Part shown: one piece after another, positions 1 to 8,930 of the stretch | How the letters are laid out: each line of letters opens with the position of its first letter | Numbering within the stretch: the first letter of the stretch is position 1 | NCBI GenBank assembly: GCA_041742355.1 | Contig: JBGSIV010000284.1 | Span: 1 to 31,440 of the forward strand | From: Candidatus Zixiibacteriota bacterium | Lineage (GTDB): Bacteria > Zixibacteria > MSB-5A5 > GN15 > FEB-12 | Reading direction: 5' to 3' | DNA length: 31,440 bases | Translations under genes and position numbers: made by a program | The notes under the pieces: model-generated | What the model was told of the DNA's origin: nothing | Seen by the model: only the letters and a program-made list of their open reading frames with translations | Databases searched by the model: none

Positions 1-324
1 AAGTGAGGCGCCGTCGAGAGCGACATTCAGGAACAGGCGGCCTTCGTTGACAAAGAGTGTCCCGGGAAGCGTTGTGACCGAGCCGAGGAGGTGGTCGAAG
101 AGGCCGTCGGCGGTGGCGACCGGGGCCGTCTCCTGCCAGAGCGCGGCGCCGCCGGTTGAGTCGCGGTAGAGGCCGAAAGTCACGGAGTACGTGCTGTCAA
201 CGACGGGCAGGCCGCCGCTGGTAAGCCGGCCCTGATACGAGATCAGCTCCGCCGCGAAAAGAGGGGCGGCGGCCGTAATGAAAACCACAGTCGCTACTAT
301 GAGCATGACGGCAGGCGATTTCAT
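1..324 (-). CDS. Secreted protein, 3' end outside the window; N-terminal 'ISYQGRL' domain typical of tail-fibre/collagen-like exported proteins
   Basis: Not in the ORF track. Hand translation from ATG at 324 (RBS AAAGGA upstream) gives MKSPAVMLIVATVVFITAAAPLFAAELISYQGRLTSGGLPVVDSTYSVTFGLYRDSTGGAALWQET...GLFDHLLGS, open to the window edge and starting with a signal peptide. Confidence 0.8.
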   Translation of the reverse strand, partial: MKSPAVMLIVATVVFITAAAPLFAAELISYQGRLTSGGLPVVDSTYSVTFGLYRDSTGGAALWQETAPVATADGLFDHLLGSVTTLPGTLFVNEGRLFLNVALDGASL

Positions 325-439
325 TCGGATCCTTTTTAATTTCCGGCTCACGAGCGTGATAGCGCGGCGGACGGCACAATATCATGCCCGGCCGCGCAAT
401 CGGCAACCAGAAGTTCTCCGGCGCAGGGGATACGCCCGC

Positions 440-3400
440 CTATTTCACAAGGAGCATCTTCCGGCTGTGCGTGCCTGCGTCGCTCTGCAGGCGGTAGAGG
501 TAAAGGCCGGCGCCCGCTTCGCGTCCGTCGCGGTCACGGCCATTCCAGACCACGCTGTGGCGGCCCTGCGTAAACGCGCCGTCGGCAAGCGTGGCGATAT
601 CCTGGCCGAGGATGTTGTAGACCGTGAGGGTCACCCAACCGTCCTTGGGCAGATCAAAGGTGATGGTCGTCGTGGGGTTGAACGGGTTCGGGTAGTTCTG
701 GGCCAGGAAGAGGGTGCCGGGGAGGACGGGTGGCCTTTCGGTCTCGGTGGTCGACAGCGCGGACAGGACGACCCGGTCGCCATGTTCGGTCCATGAAATC
801 GACGGATAGACGGGCCGGCCGTCTACCCGGATCGACACGCGGTCGTTGCCGACGGCGTACGACTCAGAAGAACCGGCGCCATCCGCGCCGTATACCGGCG
901 TGAACAGAAGCCGCCCGTTGCGGTAGACGCCCTGGCCGCAGATCGCGCCCGAGGGGGCGATGAACTCAATCGCGGCGCCGTCGGCGACGGGATCGTCGTC
1001 GAGCGTCAGGTCGGAACCGTAGACGGAGATCCACCGGGAGGTCGGTTCGACTGCACTCGCGGCGAAAGAGCCGAGAGGGACGCGAGCCGCAAAGTCAGGA
1101 TATATGAAGCCGGGATACTGGAGGTAACCGCTGCCGGTGGAACGGATCCAGTAGCCGAGCCCGGGGCTCAAATGGGTCAGGGTATTGTGCAGCGGATCAT
1201 CGGGCGACCAAACCTGGCCGCCGTTGTCGAATCCGAGGCCGAGCGTGACGAGTTCGAGGATAATCTCCCACGCTTCCTCGGTTGGCAGCGTGGAGGTCGG
1301 CCAGTAGGGGACGAGGTTCCAGCCGGGCCGGATCGGGATTGTCTCAAGGTCAACCACCAGTGCGGCGCAGAGGAGGAAATCGGCGGGGCAATCGAGGCGG
1401 ACCCAGTAGGCGTGGTGGTAGTCGACTTCGTGCAGGGTGGAGTACTGCGGGAGATCGGGGTCATAGGCGACCGCACCGTTGTCGAACGAGAGGACGACAT
1501 CAACACACGCGTTGCCGCCGAGGAGGGCAACGAAGGACTCGATGTCGGCGGTGTAGGCGCGGTTCCACGAAATGAGGTGCCACCCGGCCTCGAGGGAGAA
1601 GACCTGGCAGGGGAGCAGGTCGCAGACGGCGATAGTGTCGTTGGCGACGGTCCAGTGCAGGCCGGGACTGTATAGAACCTCAAAGTCGTTCACGGTGAAG
1701 GTAATCAGTTCGCCCGGCAGGGGGCCCTCGTCGATGAGCGGAGTGCCGGGGTTGTCGCCGTAGACAAGCATGCTGCCAAAAGCGCCATCGAATCCGGCCA
1801 CCGCTTTGCCGCACAGGACGCCGTCGGGATCATAAGCCCGGATAATGTCGCCGGACGCAAGGGTGTCGTTGCCGAATATGGGGTCATCGCAGGTGAGCGT
1901 GATCCATCGGTCAGTCGGATGCGGGTTGTCGTTCGGGATCGTGTCGCAGCGGAAGGGCCAGGGGCCGGCGATAGCGACCAGGCCGAGATCGTCTTTCGCC
2001 CGGATCAACAGCTCGTAGTTGGTGTTCGGAATGATCGGAGAGAGCGTGGCGCCGTAGCGGTTCGCCGCCTGAAGCAGCATCGTCGTGCTGTCGTAGAAAG
2101 CCGTTCCAACGCGGCGGTAGTAGGCCACTGCGCGGTCGACATAGTACAGCGTGTCGCTGACTGTGGCCGAAAGTATGGCGGAATTGTCCTCGCCGCAGAT
2201 GATCGAGACATTCGTGATGTCGGGCGGGCGGTTCGGGCAGAAGCTGACGACGAAGGGGGACTGATACGGGACTGAGGCCGGGAGGGTCACGGTGGCGTCA
2301 CCATCGGAGGCGCTGATAAAGTACTCCACGCCGGGGGTGGAGATGGTCCATTGCGATCCCGGAATGACCGCGCTGAATCGATCGGCGCCCGCCGGGGTCA
2401 TGGCGAGGGTGGTATAGGATGTCTCGTCACCGGCGGCGGCGCGATATAGCAGCTGTACGGACTGCACGGTCGGAGGAGCATCATCGATGACGATGGCCTC
2501 TATGGTCAGGTCGCTCCGAGGCGTCTGGCACCTTTCACCGAGGGCGATAGTGGCTTCAGTGAGCGTAATGATCGGCGCCGACGGTTCGCGGTACGACATG
2601 GTGTCGCAGGCAGGATCGCCGGTGTTGGTCAAACAGACGGTGACTTCGTGCTCGTCGAAGTTCGCCACGGTGTCGGGGCTCGTGAACGCGATAAGATAGC
2701 GGCTGCAGACAGCCTCCTGGATTTCAGCGTAAACGGAATCGATGACGGCGGCATCGGGGGAGTGGCGGTAGCTGCCGCCGGTGCCGTTCGCGAAGGCATC
2801 CATAGGATCGAGGCAGGTGGATTCGAGCGGACCGAATGTCAGCGTGTAGAGCGACACGGCGGCGCCGTTGGCGAGGTCGCAGATGAGCACGGAGTCGTCG
2901 TCGTACCCGTCGTTCCAGCCGTCCGGCGGGAGGTCACACGAGCCGCTGTTGTTGTCGCAGCCGTCGGAGAAGGCGATGACGGCGCGGTCGCCGGGCTGGC
3001 CGGCGGTGAGGAGGATCCCCTGGTAGATGCCGTCGAACGATGCGGTCAGACCGATGGGCTGGAGCTGGTCGATGGCCTGGTGGAGGATCTGGCGGTTATC
3101 CGTGAAGGGGGCGTTGATCTGCACGCAATCGGCGAAGGAGACGATGGCGGCACGGTCATACGGGCCCATGCGGTCAACAAATGCGTGGGCGGCGTCGCGC
3201 GCGGCGGCGATCGGCTCCCCCTCCATGCTGAGGCTGACGTCGATCACGAGGCAGATCGAGGTGGGGCAGCCGAAGTCCTGCGCCCGGCGCAGCTCGAAAT
3301 CAACCGGGAATCCGTCCTGGGCGACAGTGAAGTCCTCGGCAATCAGGCCGCCGATCGGGAAATCGTTCTCGTCGGTAACATCGGCGTAAACTCGGATCAG

Positions 3401-3583
3401 CGGGAAAGCGGATTTATCGACGGTGATGGAGATCGAGGTGTCGCCCGCGGCGAAGGAAGTGGCCAGCGTTTGGGGCCGGAGGATAGAGCGATCGAACGGA
3501 TCGCCGACGGGACCGGAAGCCGCGGCGAGTGCGGCTGTGGCCAGGAAGAAAATTGCGGCGCCGAACGACATGAATCTGCGCAT
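440..3583 (-). CDS. Secreted VWA-domain protein with Ig-like modules and C-terminal FlgD-Ig/T9SS type A-like domain
   Basis: MIDAS motif DVSLSM, plus TASFDG and FSDG. C-terminus LAQNYPNPFNPTTTITFDLP...YNILGQ...WNGRD...GLYLYRL...KMLLVK. Start moved to MRRFMSF (3583) based on a GGGGAG RBS and a signal peptide. Confidence 0.88.
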   Translation of the reverse strand: MRRFMSFGAAIFFLATAALAAASGPVGDPFDRSILRPQTLATSFAAGDTSISITVDKSAFPLIRVYADVTDENDFPIGGLIAEDFTVAQDGFPVDFELRRAQDFGCPTSICLVIDVSLSMEGEPIAAARDAAHAFVDRMGPYDRAAIVSFADCVQINAPFTDNRQILHQAIDQLQPIGLTASFDGIYQGILLTAGQPGDRAVIAFSDGCDNNSGSCDLPPDGWNDGYDDDSVLICDLANGAAVSLYTLTFGPLESTCLDPMDAFANGTGGSYRHSPDAAVIDSVYAEIQEAVCSRYLIAFTSPDTVANFDEHEVTVCLTNTGDPACDTMSYREPSAPIITLTEATIALGERCQTPRSDLTIEAIVIDDAPPTVQSVQLLYRAAAGDETSYTTLAMTPAGADRFSAVIPGSQWTISTPGVEYFISASDGDATVTLPASVPYQSPFVVSFCPNRPPDITNVSIICGEDNSAILSATVSDTLYYVDRAVAYYRRVGTAFYDSTTMLLQAANRYGATLSPIIPNTNYELLIRAKDDLGLVAIAGPWPFRCDTIPNDNPHPTDRWITLTCDDPIFGNDTLASGDIIRAYDPDGVLCGKAVAGFDGAFGSMLVYGDNPGTPLIDEGPLPGELITFTVNDFEVLYSPGLHWTVANDTIAVCDLLPCQVFSLEAGWHLISWNRAYTADIESFVALLGGNACVDVVLSFDNGAVAYDPDLPQYSTLHEVDYHHAYWVRLDCPADFLLCAALVVDLETIPIRPGWNLVPYWPTSTLPTEEAWEIILELVTLGLGFDNGGQVWSPDDPLHNTLTHLSPGLGYWIRSTGSGYLQYPGFIYPDFAARVPLGSFAASAVEPTSRWISVYGSDLTLDDDPVADGAAIEFIAPSGAICGQGVYRNGRLLFTPVYGADGAGSSESYAVGNDRVSIRVDGRPVYPSISWTEHGDRVVLSALSTTETERPPVLPGTLFLAQNYPNPFNPTTTITFDLPKDGWVTLTVYNILGQDIATLADGAFTQGRHSVVWNGRDRDGREAGAGLYLYRLQSDAGTHSRKMLLVK

Positions 3584-3698
3584 GGTCAGTAACTCCCCAC
3601 TCGTGCCCGCTCTGAGCCGAAGGGCCATCCGTAGCTTTTCGGTGCACGGTGACAGGTTGAATCCGCGCCTGCGGAGGCAGGTTGTTTGTATTCGACTA

Positions 3699-3726
3699 AA
3701 GATAATGCAGATTCGGAATCCGTCAA
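3699..3726 (-). promoter_or_regulatory. Putative sigma70-type promoter of the VWA gene
   Basis: Minus strand TTGACG-N16-TATCTT, about 115 nt upstream of the ATG at 3583. Confidence 0.5.
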
Positions 3727-3729
3727 TGA

Positions 3730-4839
3730 CTAAGGTAAGAGCGCGGCGACGGCGTTGTCGAGAGCCGGGGCGAGCGACGACCACATAAAGCGTTGTGCCG
3801 CCGGGAGTGCGGAGGGGGATTCCGGAGCCCAGACAGAACCGGTGCGGGTGAAGCGGTCAAGGAGGGTCATGAGCTTTTTGTTCAGGGACTGCACAGAGCC
3901 ATCATAGAAGAAGTCGCCATAGGTATCAGGAGGGAATAGCTCCGGATAGGCGAGGCGGTTGGGGACAACCGGGAACGCGCCCGCGGCGGCTGCCTCCACG
4001 ATGGTCACACCGAAGAACTCGTGAATCGCGGTGGAAACGATGAGGTCGGACTCGGCGAGACAGCGCTCATAGTCGGCGCGCGATTCAAGGTAGCCCCAGC
4101 GGTCGATCCGGTCGGCGAAGGTCTCGCGGGCGGCGGCAAAGACCGGGGGCGTATGTTCGAACTGCTCGCCGATTACACTGAGGCGGAAGTCGACCCCGGA
4201 ATCGCGGAGGTGGCCCACTGCGGCAAAGAAGTCTTCGGGGTTCTTGTCGTACTCCCATCGGCCGGCCCAGAGAATGCGCAGGGGACCGGGAGTCCGGTCA
4301 GGGCGAGGCGGAATCGGATATACACCCTGGGGATAGACCGAGGATTTCTCGGCCAGTTGCTCAAGATGCGCCAGCGGCGGGTAGTCGGGCATGCGGCGGA
4401 AGAAGCGGCCGAGCTCGGCGAAGAACTCGCAACGGTGGAAATCGGAGTTGAACCAGACTCGGTCGGCGGCAGCGGCGGTCGCGAAGTTCGTCAGGGCGAA
4501 GTGGTAGTCGCGTTCACCGTGGTGCAGGGTCGGGTAGGTGAGCTGGTTCTCGTGGAAGTACGCGACCACCGGGATACTCGGGAGGATCGAGCGGGTCAGC
4601 CCGAGAAGTTCGGCTAGGTCGATCATGTCCGTGGCGACAAGGGCGTCCCACCGGTGACCGTCGTGATACCGGCGGGTGATCTCCTCGGCAAACGTGAACG
4701 CGGCGTGGCGCATGCGCCATTTCCACTTGTAGCCGGGCAGCGTGAGAAGCGTCCAATCGTGGCGGCTGTGGGCGCGCCAGCCGTCAACAAAAGCCCGATG
4801 GCTGCCGGCGTAGTATGGTTCAAGGACAAGCAGGTTCAT
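3730..4839 (-). CDS. DUF3524-containing GT-B (GT4-like) glycosyltransferase, GTDC1/QTMAN-like
   Basis: EPYYAGSH, LPGYKWKWRMR, YFHENQLTYP, FNSDFH, RWEYDKNPE and STAIHEFFG...EA...PNRLAYPE motifs characteristic of the DUF3524/GTDC1 family. Confidence 0.85.
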   Translation of the reverse strand: MNLLVLEPYYAGSHRAFVDGWRAHSRHDWTLLTLPGYKWKWRMRHAAFTFAEEITRRYHDGHRWDALVATDMIDLAELLGLTRSILPSIPVVAYFHENQLTYPTLHHGERDYHFALTNFATAAAADRVWFNSDFHRCEFFAELGRFFRRMPDYPPLAHLEQLAEKSSVYPQGVYPIPPRPDRTPGPLRILWAGRWEYDKNPEDFFAAVGHLRDSGVDFRLSVIGEQFEHTPPVFAAARETFADRIDRWGYLESRADYERCLAESDLIVSTAIHEFFGVTIVEAAAAGAFPVVPNRLAYPELFPPDTYGDFFYDGSVQSLNKKLMTLLDRFTRTGSVWAPESPSALPAAQRFMWSSLAPALDNAVAALLP

Positions 4840-4954
4840 GGTGTCTCCGGCAGAAAGGAAAGGGACGACGGAGAGGAAGTCAACTGGTTGCGCGGAATCG
4901 TTGAATTCGTTACCTTCGGCCGGTTACAGCAGTGAACGACAACAGGAGAGACAA

Positions 4955-5809
4955 ATGCCGATTGGATTTATAGGCCTCGGTTCGCTGGGAATGGCGATGG
5001 CGCGCCGTCTGCGGGCGACCGGGATTGACCTGGTAGTCTGGAACCGGACGCGCGAGAAGGCCGAGGAGTTCGGCGGGGAGATCGCCGGAAGCCCGGCCGA
5101 AGTCGCCTCGCGGGCGGATACCATCTTCCTCAACCTGTTCGACAGCGGGGCGGTGAGGGACGTCCTGACGGGTCCGTGCGGGGTGCTTCAGGCAACCGGC
5201 GAAGGCAAGATCGTGGTCGATACGACGACTAATCACTTCCAGGCCGTCGGGGAATTCTACGAGTTGTGCGGGCAGCGGGGGATGCACTATGTCGAAGCAC
5301 CGGTGCTGGGAAGCGTCGTGCCGGCATCGCAGGGGAAGCTCACGATATTGATCAGCGGCGTGCCGTCGGCCTATGAGGCGGCCAAGCCCTACCTGGAAAA
5401 GCTGGGGGAGAAGCTGTTCTACCTCGAGCAGCCGTCGCTGGCGACCCGGATGAAGCTGGTCAACAACCTGGTGCTCGGATCGCTCATGGCGTCGCTGTCG
5501 GAAGCAGTTGTACTCGGGGAAGAATGCGGGATGAGCCGGGAGCAGGTGCTCGATGTGCTGGGCGCGGGGGCAGGGAACACCGGAGTGCTGACGGCAAAGC
5601 GGCAGAAACTCCTGACCGGGGATTTCTCCCCCCACTTCGCGGTGCGGGCCATCTACAAAGATCTGCAACTGGTCCAGGAGCTGGCCAGAAGCCTGAAGCG
5701 CCGGACTGTGGCCGGCGGAGCAGCCAAGGAATTGTACGGCCTGGCCGAGGAACGGGGAATGGCCGGTGAAGACTTCTCGGCGGTGTACAAGGTGCTCCGC
5801 GATCTATAA
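4955..5809 (+). CDS. NAD(P)-dependent beta-hydroxyacid dehydrogenase (3-hydroxyisobutyrate dehydrogenase family)
   Basis: IGFIGLGSLG Rossmann motif, WNRT, EAPVLGS, MKLVNN catalytic Lys and F...KDL. Start at 4955 after an AGGAG RBS. Confidence 0.9.
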   Translation: MPIGFIGLGSLGMAMARRLRATGIDLVVWNRTREKAEEFGGEIAGSPAEVASRADTIFLNLFDSGAVRDVLTGPCGVLQATGEGKIVVDTTTNHFQAVGEFYELCGQRGMHYVEAPVLGSVVPASQGKLTILISGVPSAYEAAKPYLEKLGEKLFYLEQPSLATRMKLVNNLVLGSLMASLSEAVVLGEECGMSREQVLDVLGAGAGNTGVLTAKRQKLLTGDFSPHFAVRAIYKDLQLVQELARSLKRRTVAGGAAKELYGLAEERGMAGEDFSAVYKVLRDL

Positions 5810-5818
5810 GAGCGTAAC

Positions 5819-5849
5819 GCTCACAGGCCGCATAGCGCGGCCTGTGAGC
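5819..5849. terminator. Hairpin between convergent genes (probable bidirectional terminator)
   Basis: Perfect 13-bp stem GCTCACAGGCCGC / GCGGCCTGTGAGC with a 5-nt loop; no strong U-tract. Confidence 0.6.
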
Positions 5850-5869
5850 TGAAGTCTGCTGAATGGGGG

Positions 5870-6526
5870 CTACTTCTTCTTGCCGTTACCTTTGTCTTTG
5901 TTCTTGCCGTTGCCCTTGCCGTTATCCTTGCCGGACTTGTCATCGGCGTTGGCCTGTTTGTTCTTGCCGGCTTTCTGGCTCTTCACATCCTGATTGATGT
6001 AGACGAAATCCTTGCCGTTCTGGCGCATCCGGATGACATCGTTCGCCGAGCAGCCGTAGTGGTCGGCCATGAAGCGGAGATTGACGAAGTTGACGATGTC
6101 GTCATCGCTGAGGCGAATTTCACCCCACTTGTCTTTCGGGCGCTTCTTGAAGTGGCCGTAGGCGTGGCCGTAGGGCGGCCCCGGGTCGCCGTCAAACGCG
6201 ACATAGTACGCCTTGGCGTTGAGACCGTAGTGAATCGTGATATCCATCCAGGACTTGCCCGACAGACGCAGATCGATGATCACCCGGGGAGCGACACCGG
6301 CCTTGCGGGCGAGGAAAAAGACCACCGGCATCTCTTCATCGGAGATACGGCGTTCGCGGACGACGACGATCTCTTTCTCGGGGACATTATAGTGATTGCT
6401 GACAGCGAGATAGAAGCTCTTCCGCCCCTCATCATCGACCTGCAGGCCGAAGCCGAAGTCAACGGCTTTCGAGCCGGCGGCGAGGCCGAGAATCAGCGCG
6501 GCGGTGAAAAGAAGCATCTTTCGCAT
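5870..6526 (-). CDS. Conserved hypothetical exported protein with Lys/Gly/Asn-rich tail
   Basis: Strong TAAGGAGG RBS before MRKMLLF, signal peptide, GPPYGHAYGH motif and a KGNGK low-complexity tail. Confidence 0.8.
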   Translation of the reverse strand: MRKMLLFTAALILGLAAGSKAVDFGFGLQVDDEGRKSFYLAVSNHYNVPEKEIVVVRERRISDEEMPVVFFLARKAGVAPRVIIDLRLSGKSWMDITIHYGLNAKAYYVAFDGDPGPPYGHAYGHFKKRPKDKWGEIRLSDDDIVNFVNLRFMADHYGCSANDVIRMRQNGKDFVYINQDVKSQKAGKNKQANADDKSGKDNGKGNGKNKDKGNGKKK

Positions 6527-6764
6527 TTCTGTCCTCCTTATAGGAACCATACGGATATTCTACCCGGAAACTGCAGGAATCTTCCCTTCAGCATAGTATC
6601 GGTTTGAGTGACGGGGAAGGTGAGAAAAAAGGGGGGGAGGCGGGTTGCAGAGTAGGGGAATAATGGGTAGGCCGCTACGCGATAAAGGCGGAAAGAGCGT
6701 TTCCCCCTTGCCATTACACCCGCGATGGCGCACATTGCGCAGAGAGAGAGTTTTGGAGGTCATT

Positions 6765-8930
6765 ATGCATCGACATCTGGTGATCGGGATCGGATTGGCG
6801 CTGCTCGGGCTGGCCGGGTCGGCGCTTCGGGCTGATGAGGGGATGTGGCCTCTCTATGACGTGCCCGGACTCGAATGGGACAGCATGGCGGCCCGCGGAT
6901 TGGAACTGTCACCGAAAGACCTGCATGATCCCGGGACGCCGGATATCGGCGACGCGGTGATCAACCTCGGCGGGGGAAGCGCCTCGTTCGTCTCCGACCG
7001 GGGGCTGATAATCACGAACCACCACGTGGCTTTCGGGGCCCTGCAGAAAGCGTCGGATATCGCGCACAACTACGTGCGCGACGGATTCTGGGCCAAACGC
7101 TATGCCGATGAGATCCCGGCAATCGGCTACAACGTGTACGTCTCGGAAGACATCGTTGATGTCACGAATCGGGTCTACGACGCGCTCATCGAGGCCGGGG
7201 ACGAACTCAAGCACCAGCAGGCGGTCGACAGCATCACCAAGGTGCTGATCAAGGAAGCCGAGAAGTATCCGTGGATAGTCGCCGAGGTCGTGTCGATGTT
7301 CGGGGGGGCCCAGTACAAGCTGTACACATTCACCAAGCTGAGCGATGTGCGGATAGTACACGCACCGCCGGCGTCGATCGGAGATTTCGGCGGCGAGATC
7401 GACAACTGGATGTGGCCAAGGCATACGGGGGACTATTCGTTCCTGCGGGCGTACGTGGGCCCGGACGGGAAACCGGCAGACTACAACGAGAAGAACGTGC
7501 CGTACCGGCCGAAGTCGTTCCTGACTGTGTCGTCGCAGGGCGTGAAGGAAGGGGATGCGACAATCATGATGGGGTATCCCGGGACGACGCGACGGTTCGC
7601 GGTCTCGTACGAGGTGGACGAGACGTTCAACTTCGCCTACCCCCGGTCGGTGCAGCGGATGGAAGAATCGCTGCGGATAATCGAAGAGGTGGGGAAGAGT
7701 GATTCGGCGGTGGCGCTGCGGTTGTCGTCGACCGTCAAGAACATCAACAACTACTACAAGAAGACGCAGGGATTGCTCGAGGGGTTCCGCCGCGACAGCG
7801 TCCTGGTCAAGCGGCACGCTCAGGAGCGGGAATTCCTCGCGTACCTCGCGGAAGATCCGGGGCGGCAGAGGGAGTACGGCGGCATCCTGCCGGCGTTCGA
7901 CAGCCTTTACCGGGACCGGGCGCAGCTGCGCGAGAAACGGGAAGTCCTTGGCCTGATGTACTACACGGACTACCTCAACCTGGCCAGTTCGATTTACAAG
8001 TGGGTGAAGCAGCGGGAGAAATCGGATCAGGATCGGGATCTCGGGTACCAGGATCGGGATTCGCTGAAGCTCATCCGCAAGCTGGAGTACGCGCAGATCA
8101 ACCTGGTGCCGGCGGCGGACAAAGGACTGTTTGCCTACCTGCTGCGCCGGGCCGATGAGCTGCCGCAGAACCAGCGGATCGCGGCGTTTGACAGCCTGAT
8201 AGCGGGAACGGATCGGGACGACCCGAACCGGTTCGAGACGTTGATCGAAGGGATGTTCGCGAAGTCGGCGATGGGCGATAAAGCGCAACGGCTGGCGATG
8301 CTGCATATGACGAGGGGGAAGCTGCTGGCGCAGGACGATCCGTTCATCAGCCTGGCGGCGGCGTTATCGGCCGAGAATGAAGCGATGGAGACTGACGACA
8401 AGCGGTTCGAGGGAGCGCTGCACCGCCTGCGCAGCCGCTACATGGCGGCGATGTTCGCGTGGAAGGGGAGGGCGCTGTACCCGGATGCCAACGGGACGAA
8501 GCGATTCAATTTCGGGCAGGTCGCCGGGTACAGCCCGGCCGATGCGGTCGCGTACGACTACATCACGACCGTGCGGGGGATCATGCAGAAGGAGCGGACG
8601 GAAGATCCGTTCATCGTGCCGAAAGAACTGCGCGAGGCCTGGCAGCGGGGCGCGGGCGAGCGGTACCGTGATGCGCATGCGAACGACATTCCGGTTGATT
8701 TCATCACGACCAATGACGGCACGAACGGCAACTCGGGGAGCCCGGTGCTCGACGGCAAGGGGCGCCTGATCGGGCTGGATTTCGACACAAACCTCGAGAG
8801 CGTGGTGAAAGACTGGTACTTCAGCCCGACCGTGTCGCGGGCTATAGTGGTGGATATCCGCTACGTGCTCTATCTGCTGGATGAGGTTTACGGGCTGAAA
8901 GAACTGCTGGCCGAGATGCGGATCGAGTAA
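6765..8930 (+). CDS. S46 family dipeptidyl peptidase (DPP7/DPP11-like)
   Basis: Signal peptide followed by ADEGMW, TNHHVA (catalytic His), NWMWPRHTGD, GYPGTT, YPDAN and GNSGSP (catalytic Ser). GGAGGT RBS before ATG 6765. Confidence 0.93.
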   Translation: MHRHLVIGIGLALLGLAGSALRADEGMWPLYDVPGLEWDSMAARGLELSPKDLHDPGTPDIGDAVINLGGGSASFVSDRGLIITNHHVAFGALQKASDIAHNYVRDGFWAKRYADEIPAIGYNVYVSEDIVDVTNRVYDALIEAGDELKHQQAVDSITKVLIKEAEKYPWIVAEVVSMFGGAQYKLYTFTKLSDVRIVHAPPASIGDFGGEIDNWMWPRHTGDYSFLRAYVGPDGKPADYNEKNVPYRPKSFLTVSSQGVKEGDATIMMGYPGTTRRFAVSYEVDETFNFAYPRSVQRMEESLRIIEEVGKSDSAVALRLSSTVKNINNYYKKTQGLLEGFRRDSVLVKRHAQEREFLAYLAEDPGRQREYGGILPAFDSLYRDRAQLREKREVLGLMYYTDYLNLASSIYKWVKQREKSDQDRDLGYQDRDSLKLIRKLEYAQINLVPAADKGLFAYLLRRADELPQNQRIAAFDSLIAGTDRDDPNRFETLIEGMFAKSAMGDKAQRLAMLHMTRGKLLAQDDPFISLAAALSAENEAMETDDKRFEGALHRLRSRYMAAMFAWKGRALYPDANGTKRFNFGQVAGYSPADAVAYDYITTVRGIMQKERTEDPFIVPKELREAWQRGAGERYRDAHANDIPVDFITTNDGTNGNSGSPVLDGKGRLIGLDFDTNLESVVKDWYFSPTVSRAIVVDIRYVLYLLDEVYGLKELLAEMRIE

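Noticed and set aside
3584..3784. N-terminal extensions given by the ORF track (also 4838, 6645, 20831, 24032, 26190, 28414)
   Set aside because: Downstream starts fit better (RBS, signal peptide or family N-terminus, depending on the gene), and several of the extensions overlap promoters or neighbouring genes.
6625..6750. A6G7 run and (AG)5 upstream of the S46 gene as phase-variable elements
   Set aside because: The tracts are short and not within a convincing promoter spacer or coding frame.
6909..8306. Long antisense ORFs (465 aa here; also 2648-3592, 10204-11358, 17971-18972, 26397-27374, 28611-29567, 30285-31334)
   Set aside because: Shadow frames opposite well-supported genes, as expected at high GC.
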